From Octopus sinensis (taxonomy: Eukaryota), in NCBI RefSeq assembly GCF_006345805.1, contig NC_043001.1, positions 7,316,001 through 7,380,000 of the forward strand: a stretch of 64,000 nucleotides of DNA, written 5' to 3'. The notes under the pieces were generated by a model that was not told the origin of the DNA, searched no databases, and was given only the letters and a program-made list of their open reading frames with translations. Both the position numbers and the translations under genes were made by a program. Below, in pieces: positions 1 through 14,600 of the stretch (its first letter is position 1; every line of letters starts with the position of its first letter).

Positions 1-222
1 TCACGAGCAGGCAATGTAATTAATATATGAGAAATAGGCTTACCGTGCCTGGAATATATCGAGTAAGAAATGTATAGTTCAATGTCAACTGGTTTTACAC
101 CTTGCATGCCCAAACATGCTCTGCGATCTTCCGTTGAAAAATAACATTTTAACATCTATTTCATATAAACTACATTAGCTCGTGTGCGTTCCTTATTTGT
201 AAGTGGTGATAAACACACACAG

Positions 223-260
<38 letters not shown>

Positions 261-262
<2 letters not shown>

Positions 263-681
263 GCACAGGAGTGGCTGTGTAATAAGTAGCTTGCTTACTA
301 GCTATATGGTTCCGGGTTGAGCCCCACTACGTAGTCCCGCCGGCAAATGTCTTCTTCTATATCATCGGCTGACCAAAGCCTTATGAGTGGATTTGCTAGA
401 CGGAAACTGAAAGACGCCCTTTGTATATATATGTGTGTGTGTGTGTGTGTGTGCGTGTGTGTGTGCGTGTTTCCGTGTTTGTTTTTATCCCCACCATCAC
501 CTGACAACAGATGCTGGTGTGTTTACATCCCCGTCACTTAGCAGTTCGGCAAGCGAGACCGATAGGATAAGTACTAGGAGTACAAACAATAAGTCCGTGG
601 GTCGATTTGCTCGACTAAAGTAGGTGCTCCAGCATGGCCACAGTCAAATGACTGAAACGATTAAAAGAAAAAAGAATAAAA
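261..681 (+). mobile_element. tRNA-derived SINE, family B (full length)
   Basis: A-box-like GTGGCTGTGTAATAAG and B-box-like GGTTGAGCCCC, internal (GT)n, 3' tail GGTGCTCCAGCATGGCCACAGTCAAATGACTGAAAC then A-rich end; homologous to 25512 and 26690 copies. Confidence 0.85.
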
Positions 682-744
682 GGTGTATGTCTGTGTGTTC
701 TGCGTCTGTGTGTGTGTGTATGTGTGTGTGTGTGTGGATTAGTG

Positions 745-962
745 TGTGTGTGTCTTATGTCTGTGTTTGTCCCCACCAGCTGACGAACGATGCTGAAATA
801 ATTACATTATCGTAACCTAGCAGTTCGGCAAGGGGGCCCGACTAGATAGGTAGCAAGCTTTAACACAAAAAGTATTGGAGTAGATAAGTTGAACTAAAAA
901 TTCTTCACTGGGTTACCACAGCATAACCGCAGTCTAATGACTGAAACATGTAAAAAGTAAAA
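745..962 (+). mobile_element. SINE family B, diverged 3' half
   Basis: TAGCAGTTCGGCAA ... CAGTCTAATGACTGAAAC matches the 3' part of the 261-681 copy. Confidence 0.7.
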
Positions 963-1238
963 TATATGGATAGCATTTATGCCAGATTATTGACTGTGAT
1001 TCGTAATTTGAATGATATTAGTGTAGAATTTTATATACCAAAATCTGTTTAAGACATTGGCCAACAAGTACAGCTCTCTTTTGTGTCCTGACATTTAACA
1101 TTTCTACCTCAAAATGTATTACAAGTTTAAATCTTTTCTTAATTCTTTCATCATAGTCGAAGTAAAAAACTACGTAGTTCTTATTTAAGTCTTCGGAAAT
1201 TTAGCTGATGTAGAGAATGTGATATAATGGGAAATATC

Positions 1239-1421
1239 CTTTTGCAATCTAGGCAAAAGCCTCGAAATTAGATCGTCTTCAATACGCAACTGATACTTAA
1301 TTTATCGACCCCGAAAGGCAAAGTCGATCTCGGTTGAATTTGAACTGAGAACTTCAAGACAGACGAAACACAGCTAAGAGTTTCTCCCTGTGTGTCAACG
1401 TTTCTTCCAGCACTTCGCATT
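1239..1421 (-). mobile_element. tRNA-derived SINE, family A (diverged)
   Basis: TACTTAATTTATCGACCCCGAAAGG and GAATTTGAACT (reverse B box) shared with many copies; bounded by TATAATGGGAAATATC repeats. Confidence 0.75.
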
Positions 1422-1423
1422 TA

Positions 1424-2716
1424 CGAGGGGCGTTCAATAAGTAATGCCCCTGATCCACGTCCAATAGCAGTAGAACAACAAAACTTGGCACAGTTATTAG
1501 TCTTTTTCTACATAGGAACCACCCAGAGTTACGCATTTCTCCCATTGTTTGATGCAGCTCTGGAGACCGTTTTTGTAGAAGACCACAGCTTGGTCCTCCA
1601 ACCACAACGTGACTTCAGAAATCAAGGCTGCATCATCTGGAAAACGCTTTCGTTTCAAAAACAACTTTATGGCTTGGAAGAGGTTAAAATCAGAGGGTGC
1701 AAGGTCAGGAGAGTAGGGAGATGGGAGAGGAGTTCATGGCCGCATGCCTGTGCTTCTGATCTGGCGACACGCAAGTTGTGGACCGGAACGTTGTCCTGCA
1801 GGAGGAGGATGCCTTTGCTGATCTTGCCCCGCCTCTTGATTTTGATAGCTTCTCTTAATTTTCTTCAAAACTGAAGCATAATAGGCTCCTGTAATTGTGG
1901 TACTCTTTGCCAGGAAATCTGTCATCACTACTCCGTCCTGGTCCCAGAAGACTGTGAGCATGACCTTGCCAGCGGAGAGCTGCACCCTTGCCTTCTTTGG
2001 AGGAGGTGAGTCACGGTGCTTCCACTGCATTGACTAGGTTTTGATCTCTGGATCATAGTGATGGACCCAGGTTTCATCCTGTGTAATCAGTCTTTTGAAA
2101 AATTTTGACTCATCTTCTTGGCACATCTTTAAATTCATCCTCGAGCACTCGACGCGTTCTTGCTTCTGGAAAGGTGTGAGCAACCTGGGAATCCATCTGG
2201 CAGACACCTTTTGCATATGCAAATGGTCATGAATGATAGTTTCCACAGACCGGGTACTAATCTTGACCTCATGGGCTATTTGACGAATAGTTATGCGTCG
2301 ATCTTCCAAAATGACAGCCTCAACTTGACGGACAGATGCCTCATCAATAGCAGAAGGGGGGCGACCAGATCTGGGAGCTGTTTCCACAGAGTTCCGATCA
2401 TGTTTGAATTCACGATGCCAGCGTTTTACAAGGTCATATGATGGGGCATCATCACCATAAGTTACTTTCATTTCATCGAAAGTCTCCCGTGGTGTGCGTC
2501 CTTTCAAATACAAAAACCGGATCACTGCTCGACACTTAACAGGCTCCATTTCACACTTGACTCACTTCAAACACCTGTAAATCAGAAACCACAATTAGTT
2601 CAGAGCTGTACTTTACTACTTAATCTATAGAGATATAGATAATTGCACACGCAAAATTTCAGCTAGATCAAACAATTGCAAGTGGGTCAGAAGCATTATT
2701 TATTGAACGTCCCTCG
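1424..2716 (-). mobile_element. Full-length mariner DNA transposon (DD34D), 1293 bp
   Basis: 35-bp TIRs CGAGGGGCGTTCAATAAGTAATGCCCCTGATCCAC (30/35 match to reverse complement of right end); TA duplication at 1422-1423 and 2717-2718; internal transposase. Confidence 0.96.
1497..2549 (-). pseudogene. Mariner transposase pseudogene
   Basis: ORFs 2034-2549 and 1734-2030 are in frame across one TAG; motifs WIPRLL, DETW, DNVPVH, YSPDLAPSDF (34 aa between 2nd and 3rd D); frameshifts near 1860 and 1715; ends GGSYVEKD-stop at 1497. Confidence 0.93.
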
Positions 2717-2732
2717 TATAATGGGGAATATC

Positions 2733-3392
2733 CTTTTCTACTCTAGGCACCAAAGCCGAAATTTTGAGAGGGGACCAGTCGATTTGATCGACCCCAGTAC
2801 GTAACGTGTACTTAATTTATCGACCTCAAAATGATGAAAGGCAAAATGAACCTCGGCAGAATTTGAACTCAGAACGTAGCGGCAGACGAAATACCTATTT
2901 CTTTATTACCCAGAAGGGCAAAACATAGAGGGGACAAACAAGGACAGACATAGGTATTAAGTCGATTACATCGACTCCAGTGTGTAACTGGTACTTAATT
3001 TATCGACCCCGAAAGATGAAAGGCAAAGTCGACCTCGTCGCAATTTGAACTCACAACGTAACGACAGACGAAATATGGCTACGCGTTTCGCGCGGCATGG
3101 TAACGATTCGGCCAGCTCGTCGCCTCGGCAGACGAAATACCGCTAAGCATTTCGCCCGGTGCGTCAATGTTTTGGCTAGCAGTTCAATATATTTTCCATT
3201 ATCTTTTTCTACTCTAGGCACAAGGCCCGGAATTTTTGGAGAGAGGGCTAATCGATTAGTTCGACCTCAGTACGCAACTGGTACTTAATTTATCAACCTC
3301 GAAAGGATGAAAGGCAAAATCATCTTCGGCGGAATTTGAACTCAGAACTCATTTCGCTCAGTGTCTCAACGTTTCTGCTAGAATGTTGCCTT
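2733..3392 (-). mobile_element. Cluster of 3-4 family A SINE units (includes a dimer)
   Basis: Repeated TTTATCGACCCCGAAAG(G)ATGAAAGGCAAA..GAATTTGAACTC blocks near 2815, 3000 and 3290; both tail types present. Confidence 0.88.
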
Positions 3393-3415
3393 TATAATGG
3401 GAAATATCGGCTACA

Positions 3416-4644
3416 TCTATACACATCAAGTAGCTGCATGAAAATATTCATAAAAACCTATAAATTTCAGCACGGTTCTATACGGGCCGAAACCTATCAA
3501 AATTATTAAAGTGAAAACAGTTTCTTTCCACTAGAAAAATATAAAACACATACTCAATAAAAAAATAATTTTAACGTGATTGGTCACTACAACCTACGTG
3601 TAATTAAAATTTTTAGATTATGTGTTTCCAAAATGTTCCTTTTTGTTTTTTTATTAAAAAGTCATTGGATAGGAGGTGTCCCAACCTACGCCTTTAGTGA
3701 CAATAAAGTCCCAATAATTATTTTCGTTTTACAGTGTTAGGAATTCGTGCTAATAATTTTGTCGCCGAAATATTTTTTATTGCACAAAATTATTATCACA
3801 CTTAATGCAATGACGGCATTAAGAAATGCTAATTTTATTTGTATTCATGTTAGAATTGATAACTAGTTTATCACCTTGATATTCGTGAGCGACTTTAGTC
3901 GTTAGCGTTCCAATGAATGCATTTGCCATATATAGACGAGTGATTATCTAGTTATAGCAATAACAATATTAAGACTATCTGATTACCTCGAATATCGGAA
4001 ATCAAACAGTTTTTGGAGAAATGCCTGCGTTTAAGAAATTAAGCAGCAGCTTCCAGTCATCACACACACGTGCACACAGGTACACCCACATGTATTTATT
4101 ATATTTGTGTGTGTGTGTGTGTGTGTCTGCGTGTGTGTCTGTGTATATATAACAACAATCTTATTGACAATGACTTCGAAGTTTCGACCAGAGAAGCCAA
4201 GCTCGGGCGGCGATGCGTTTAAGTGAATCTTGGCTTTATATAATCTCTGTTGAATTAAAAACTTGCTCTCCAGAACAACCCACACTAAAACGAATTACTA
4301 ATTCACTCAATCCCACCTCCTGGAGGATGTTTATAACTCAATAAATCTCTGTCAAAAATATTCTTATTTAAGCATTATGAATTTGTATTATACAAAAATA
4401 TAGAGTAACCCATAAGATTAATACAAAATTCTCTCATTATAAAACAATATAAAAGCTATCAGTACACCCACACATACGCACATATGTGTATGTATGTGCT
4501 TTTTTATGTATTTGTATATATGTTTCAGGGTGTGTATGATGTTATATTTGTTATATTATTTTTTATACTTTGAAAAACATAACAAGAATTCCATTCCTAT
4601 ATGAATCACCGCTTATTCGATGCCAATGCACGGAGCATCGCTAG
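3416..4644 (+). mobile_element. Possible old non-autonomous Helitron
   Basis: A|TCTATAC start at 3415/3416; hairpin-like TCGATGCCAATGCACGGAGCATCG followed by CTAG|T at 4641-4645; no coding evidence. Confidence 0.3.
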
Positions 4645-5995
4645 TAATGGTTACTTTCTGTAGAATACCTCTTTAGAATATTATAGTAAATGTGTTAACA
4701 CTCTTGAGAGCTGTGCTCAATTTCAATTAATTATTAATTATAAAACGAGCAATATGTGTATTTAAAAAAATTATACATTTTTTGGATTTAGTTATTTAAC
4801 TAATTGCATTTTCTTTGCTCTTCAATTCGCCTCTGCTTCATGTTATACACTTTTGGTTATGCTTTGCTGACGTGTCGTACGCTATGACCGTGTTCTGCAT
4901 ATGTACATGGTGATACCAATTGTGTTGATAATATACTAAAGTTCCCTATCATTTTCCAATTGATATTTTCCTACAATTAGTTAATATTCGTTAGCTAGAC
5001 ATATGTAGGAAAGGCTTCCTAAGGTTTGGGGTTTCCATTTGTATATAGTGCTAAACCTGTTCTCAGAGAAACATGCAAAATGCGATGTAATATTTGATTC
5101 TGAAGTGAGGACGACGTAGTTCATTTTGGCCACTGTTATATTTTATTCATTCTTCCTAATCATCTCATTTCAAATATATATTCTCTCAGCTGCCTATTGT
5201 AGCCTTTAGAGGCAATAAAAATATAAGTGAAATATTAAGCACTGCTTCTCACCATTAGAAAACTACCACTGGGAGTTTCTGAACTCTGCAGCTTTAAAAA
5301 TAGCCGCAAGAGAAATGAGCCTTGTTCATCGTGCAACCACATGTGTCAAGTCAATGTCATTACAAATCATAACAGAAATGTTAATTTATACACAAAGTGA
5401 AACGTGTAAAGATTCCTATCTGGTATACGCATAAGAATGCACCAGCCATCTTGATTTATGTTGGTTGTATAACAGACCAGAGAGATCCAATGAGTGTAGG
5501 CACACTAGCAGTACTTCGACAGAACATGCAGAAACGTTTCATATCAAACAGCCTCAATTTTGAGGAACACCGGAAAGGGCAGATTATCAGAAAATATTCT
5601 GACTCTACTACACAATCAGTCCTCAAAATGCAAGAGGTGAAATACTTGTGAATTACTAATATCATGTTCAGTACGAATAAATAATGATGACAGGTGAATT
5701 TCGTCCCATTTACACAAAACCGTTCGACCAAATATTATTTTATCTACGTTTTTCTTTATCCTTTTTCCTTATTCTTTACTCTTTCTTTTCGCCAGTTATG
5801 AAAGTGAAAACGATGATGACATGTTGTGTAAATGGGACCGCAGGATTTCCTCCTTTATATTTTGAATTTCTGTGTTTCTGTGGGATTTCTCGGTTTACAT
5901 TTTGAACCCTGAAGAAAAAAAAATGATATATTGAATTATTGTACAAACTATTAAATAAATTATCTCACCTCCTCATCCTTTCTTATATTCTTTTT

Positions 5996-6172
5996 CTTCT
6001 TCTTCTTCTTCTTCTTCTTCTTCTTCTTCTTCTTCTTCTTCTTCTTCTTCTTCTTCTTCTTCTTCTTCTTCTTCTTCTTCTTCTTCTTCTTCTTCTTTTC
6101 GTCTTCTTTGTTTTCCTCTTTTCTTCTTCTTCTTCTTCTTCTTCATCATCATCATCATCGTCATTATTATTA

Positions 6173-6225
<53 letters not shown>
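5996..6225. repeat. Compound microsatellite (CTT)n-(CAT)n-(TTA)n
   Basis: Directly visible; explains the poly-L/E/R/N ORFs. Confidence 0.97.
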
Positions 6226-8900
6226 GAAGAACTGTTGCATATTAATGTAATTAGGAGTAATCTTATCGTGTGGTATGGTGAAAACAATTTCCCTCAAATC
6301 TCAATAATGTTTCTTGAGATTCTGGCAGAGTACAGGATGCCACTTTTTTGCGTATCACCAATGCATGCCTCACTTGCCATATCCCTTAACCTCCTTGGTG
6401 TACTTCCGGTGTTGCGACAAGTGTAGTGATTGATTACTACACATTATATCACCACAATCTCTAATTCGAATTTCAAAATTTTTCTCAATTCCTTTTGCAT
6501 ATAGTCAGCAATGTGTTGGTATTCCAAAGGTAAGATCTTACGCTCTATCTATTTTCTTCTGAACTTTCTGCTTCAATATTTTTATCGACAATCACATATA
6601 AACTGTTATTACCATTCCTCTCCAGAGCCAAAGTGATTTGGAATCAGAATTTTCCCCACCGCTTTCTTGTCACTTTCAGACTACAAATATGGATGAAATT
6701 CCAATACACTTACTGTTGTTCTTTGTATTCTAATAATTATCATCCTTTCGTTCCACTTAGGTCTTCTTAGCTTTCAATGCTTTGGTCTATAAAACTAGAA
6801 CCTGCTGTATACTAGGGTTCATGTAATCGACTACCCCCACTCACCCCAAGTATCCAGACATGCCCCTATATTAGAAAAAATAGAAAGAATTATCTTCATT
6901 TTCGTCATTTTCTTTAATACCGAAAATACATACCATAATAATATACTCAAGCCGGATGTAGTTAATTTTGGAGAGAAACAGTTTTCTTCTTAAATGAATG
7001 ACTCCAACTATCTGCAAGTTGAAGATACATGTGAATATTTTAATATAGTTCACCATTGTGTACCGTGTGCACTATTTATTGCATAAACCAATTTTGCTTG
7101 TGTCGTCCACATTTCTGTTACACTTCTATAATTAATTTATACTGCGGCCTTGCTGAAGAATTTTCGTCAGACGAATCAACTCCAATATTTATCTTTGCTA
7201 AATTTGATAATATTCCGTCACTCTCTTCTGACGGTCCGCTAAGTAGCGGGTACATAAACACACCAACACTGGTTGTAAAGCAGTAGCCATAACAGACACG
7301 CGCGCATGAGCATACACATGCACACACATGCCGATATATACGACGGACTTCTTTAAGTTTCTTTCTACGAAATTCACTCACAAATGTTTGTCGTCCCGAG
7401 GTTATAGTAGAAGACACCACCTGCCCTATGAGACACTGAGTGGACTGAACCCGGAACCAAGTGTTTCGGAGACAAATTTCTTAACACCAATTCATCATAC
7501 CTGGGCCATTTGTGAATTTTCTGAATTTCCCATTTGACAATGTTATCAAAAGCGACTGCAGCAGCCCAACCTCTGCTTTGCGTCCATTTCTCTATCTTCA
7601 AATTAAAAGTTAACTACCACTCCAATGCACTCATTTACCGTTGCACCCGTCTCGTTAATTATAATCCAATAGTGTTTTTCAGAAAATTTCAGAACTCACA
7701 TAAATGTGTCAATACTTTCTTCTAACTACACATTCTGCAGCTGGCTCTGACTACGGATTATCAATCTCACTTTTCTATCAAATTCTTTCTATTCATACAT
7801 TCGTGGCTGGTTACAATTAGCGATTCAGTATTTCTTGTCAAATCCTTTTCAGTCAGTCAAAACTTTCTTCGTTTCCAAATTTCTCGAAACTTTCCATGAA
7901 TTGGATTTGGAATTCCATTCATTTCCAATTATTTCTCCAGCCGTTCCTCTCTCAACTCTCGTTTTGTCTTCTGTATGGTTTCCCGTCGCATAAGCTTTCC
8001 TTTTTACTCTAGGGAATTCCTAGTTATTGAAATCTCAAATGGCAACTTTGATGTTGATTTCTACATTTAAAATCCACCTCCTAACTTAATAGAACCTGTC
8101 AATATTACTTTAAAATCACACGTGTAATACATGTTGCACTGATGTCTTGTTCTCTTATCGAATTCCTTGTAACTGCGCCTATATTCTATTTTAGAAAACA
8201 AACAGGTGATACTCAAAACGGGCATCACCATTTTATTGATTCAAATGCGGATGTTACCTGCAGCTTCTTATATTGTTAAGTATCTAACTAACACTTACAG
8301 TTTTTGGTAACATTCTTTCTCATATTATGTTCCATTACCTTATATTCCCGTTGCACCACACTCTGATGCAATGTTAGTCTCGGGCGTTACCGTTAAGGAA
8401 ATCGAAGTAAATTACGAACCGTTATTCAAGTATCCTCATCGCATTACCCTGGCTAATTATTATCACCCAAAAGCTACATCATACATATAATGCAGAAGCT
8501 ATTGGTGTACGCTGGTTGAGTATACGTGATCATGACTCCTCAAACCCGTTTTCTTCCGATTTTTCTTTCACTTTCTCACCACGCAATAAGTTAACTTCCT
8601 AATGCAATTTTTGCCGACACAGTCATGTCGGCCCTCATACACATTTGCTGCTGAGATATTTGAAATTATTTCGTCTCCTTCCGTAGATTCAATGTTTCCT
8701 CTCTAACTGAGATTTAACATTGCACCAGAATATTATTCTCATTGTGAGACCATCTTTTAAACCGTGTAGTAATAGTTAAATAACGACCACGGCCCTTCTA
8801 GAGCACATTTCCGTGGGAGAAATATTTACTATAGAATACCTCTTCAGTAACGCAGTTGTGAACAGCATTTCACACATAGTAATTCGTATTATTAACGTTT
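6226..8900 (-). mobile_element. Heavily degraded R4/Dong-like (RLE-type) non-LTR retrotransposon
   Basis: Minus-strand remnants IHGKF..LTRNTESLI..CRMC (7730-7920) and C-terminal TQKSGILYSARISRNIIEI-stop (~6295-6355); 3' end abuts (TAA)n; 5' boundary approximate. Confidence 0.7.
7150..7490 (-). mobile_element. SINE family B nested in the Dong-like relic
   Basis: TATAGTAGAAGACAC, GGACTGAACCCGGAACC and GTACATAAACACACCAACAC match the reverse complement of family B. Confidence 0.8.
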
Positions 8901-9000
8901 TACTTATAATGGTATGTTTACCAAGAAAGCATCTGAAGGGGACCTTCAGGTAAGGCTAATATTTCTTGCCTCCTTTTCAGTTGGGCGTAAAATGGTAATT

Positions 9001-11620
<2,620 letters not shown>

Positions 11621-14600
11621 ATAAATGTCGTTTAGTTTCGACTTTTGCTTTGTACTTGAGATAATCATAAATACATGAGGGTTATATGATTGTAAAAGGA
11701 AGAGCAGCAGCTTGGTGGGTGCACAGTCAAATACCACCTGCCTACAAATGGGTTCAACCAAGGCTGACAGGGAGATCCACAATGGCGCAGTCACACCCAA
11801 ACGGTTTGCGGAGATCAAATGTATTTACTACGACAGCGATTGATGAGAACGGTGATCTTAGAGAGAACCAACACATTTTGTTCTGTTTTTAATTACTGAT
11901 ATTATAAATAATTTAGATGAAACATAACATAAGAAAATATAAAAACTAAAATTTTCTTTGATTTTATTAGAAATCACATATTAGCAGTGGCGTATCATTT
12001 GACATAAATTACATATAATACGAATATTCATTCAGTCTTTCATTACCGTCCAACACGAGAGCATCTTAATCTATTGACTGATAAGACAATGTCACCTCGG
12101 TGAATTTTTCGAATCTTAATTTTCTAAAATAATTTCTGGCTAGGCCTCACTTCTGTTGCTATATTCCTAAATCCTGTGTCCTTGAAATGGTCCCGCAATC
12201 TGCTCATTATTTCTTATTAAAATTGTTCAATATTAAAAGAAAAAGTAACTTAGCGTGTTCCCAAAACTTGTAAATGATATCAGGCAATCTCTTTCGTTAC
12301 ACTAAATTAAAATATAACAACATTGCAATGACATTGGGGCCTTTAGATAACATTGGGGCCTTCTAGTACGAAATAGCGTCAAACAACTACAGGAATATTA
12401 AAATCTTCTCGAAGGGTAATAGCAACCATTAACATGAATAACACCCATTAATGAAATGAACAATGTTATCAAATTTCATTATATAATGTTTTGTTATAAA
12501 AACAAATAAATCTGTACACTTCATTCATATCCCAAAATAACATATATCATCCGGTCGGTCAAAATGTTATATTTTGTAATAAATGTAAATGATCTCATAT
12601 GAGAATAATAAATATTAAATCTGTCTGTTAAAGATTTTCTGAGAAAAACAAATGAGGTATCCATATTAATCGTGAAAATATTATCATGTTTTCGTGTTTT
12701 TTTATTCTATTCAAGTTTAGGTATTCAACACTTAATAATACAAAACATTTCACTAAGATAATTAGTCTATCTCTTGGTTTAGTTTCGTGTGCAAAGATTT
12801 ACGTAGGTAGATTTAGACATCTGTTGCTGGTTTACTGATGTCTGATGAGTAACAAGCACAGAAGGCATATTTTGGGGGGTTCTTGTATCTCTTCATTTGT
12901 GGCTTACTCTTACATTGACCAGAGGAGAGTTGGTCATACTGCCGTGTCTTCAGTAGGGTTGCTTCGCTACTGGTAACCTTTATTTGCTCGAGCCGCACCT
13001 TAAGTGACAAAGTCACTCCAGTGGACACGTTGGTTATTCGAATACAGTTTGACGGAATCATTCAATGTAATACTTATAGATGACACGCAATTCAGAGCCG
13101 TGCAAATGAATGACAAGAACGACGGCTCTTCATACACTGGTCTTCGTTTCATTCTTCAGAATGTTATTGTTCCAGGTTCCTGTACAGTCTGTCGAATTCA
13201 CAGAAATTAAAATAACGCATGAATTTAATCTGATATATAAAGTTCCATGCAATTTGTTTGTTGCGTCCAAAATATATAATGCATAATTATTGCAAAATTA
13301 TATTCTATATCAAACAGTTTTAGTTGAATATCATCATAGCTCAGACGGGGTCGGTAACGATGAGGAAGGCCATCAACTTGTTTGGTGAGATATTGAAATT
13401 CTGAGATATTGACGTATACATTACTAGTTAATCAACATTTAAATTAATATCAATTTCACCATGAGAGACGATTGCAAGGACGGCATAATGATACTCATCT
13501 TCATTATTCATCATATGTTAATCAATGTTATGCTATTATTGCAAATATGCAATTGTTATCGTCAATTTGAATATGAATATCTGGATGCCAAATAGTGTTA
13601 CGTACTCAAATGTGCCTAAGTATAGCCATCACCCTCTTCTCACTCAAATCACATTGAAGCTCAGTTTCCCCCCCCCTCATATTCTTTCGCCTTGTGTACT
13701 AGCACAAGCTCACCCACGTAAAGAGAAATATCAAATGAATGAGTGCATACACTACCGTCAGAAATTTAGTAGCACCCTTGATTTGCTCTTCACTCAAGGT
13801 ATGTGCTGTCACCTAGTGGCCATATCTCGACCTATTGCTTTGTTGCGAGTTCACTGTTGCGTAGAACGATGACGTAACTTTGTTTGCAGAGCAGTTTGAG
13901 AGTCTACACCCTTATGATGTTGGCATAGCAGTGCAACAACAACTTGGAGTGCGGATGCAGACAAATCTTCCTTTGTTTAATAGATATAGGTAGCGCCTCA
14001 CAAGGACCGAAATCACACCATACTAAGTTTTCTCATCGCGTAAGACGTTTTGAACAGCTCATAGGTTAATTGATTTAACCTATTTAATGTAGAAATTTGA
14101 GAAGTGCTAATTAATTTCTGACGCAAGTGTATATAATAAACATCGTAGACGCCATTTCTAAACAACATTGTTTCATTTTTCACAAAAAAGCACTATAGAT
14201 ATTAACCCAGTATCCTCTCACAAAGGATGCAGATTGTCTATGGATAGAATTGAAAATGAATTCAAAAATACTACACCTTTTGGCATATATGTCCATATAT
14301 ACGATTCCATTATTTAACTGTCACAGCAATTTTAATATTGCCTTGAAATCAACAAAATGGAATTTACACATAAAGGAACAAAAGAGATTAAATGGAACCT
14401 GTCTTTCGAGTTAAGAAGGTTTTAATCCTTGATATGCTTCAAGTATCATTTCACAAATCTGTGTTGATTTATTTATATCTGAAATTTCTAATAGAATTGA
14501 ATCTATCAGCTTAAAGGAAGGAAAATTCGTAACACCTCTCCAGAAACTTCTTAAACTGGCTTACGTTTATTTATCTGAGTATTGTGGGGTACAGATTGGC

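Noticed and set aside
1392-1874. 160-aa plus-strand ORF and other ORFs antisense to TE genes (2160-2441, 9424-9756, 51387-51740, 55346-55775)
   Set aside because: Shadow frames of transposase, RT or endonuclease remnants on the opposite strand
2034-2549. Host SETMAR-like gene
   Set aside because: No SET domain; bounded by TIRs and a TA duplication; disrupted reading frame
4170-4262. Stem-loop AAGCCAAG...CTTGGCTT ending in GAAAC on the minus strand, possible hammerhead
   Set aside because: No CUGANGA-like core at the required position
5939-6297. Poly-L/E/R/N ORFs, and similar YI/CV/TH-repeat ORFs throughout (e.g. 35707-36165, 37059-37465, 49707-51108)
   Set aside because: Translations of microsatellites that lack stop codons; no coding signal
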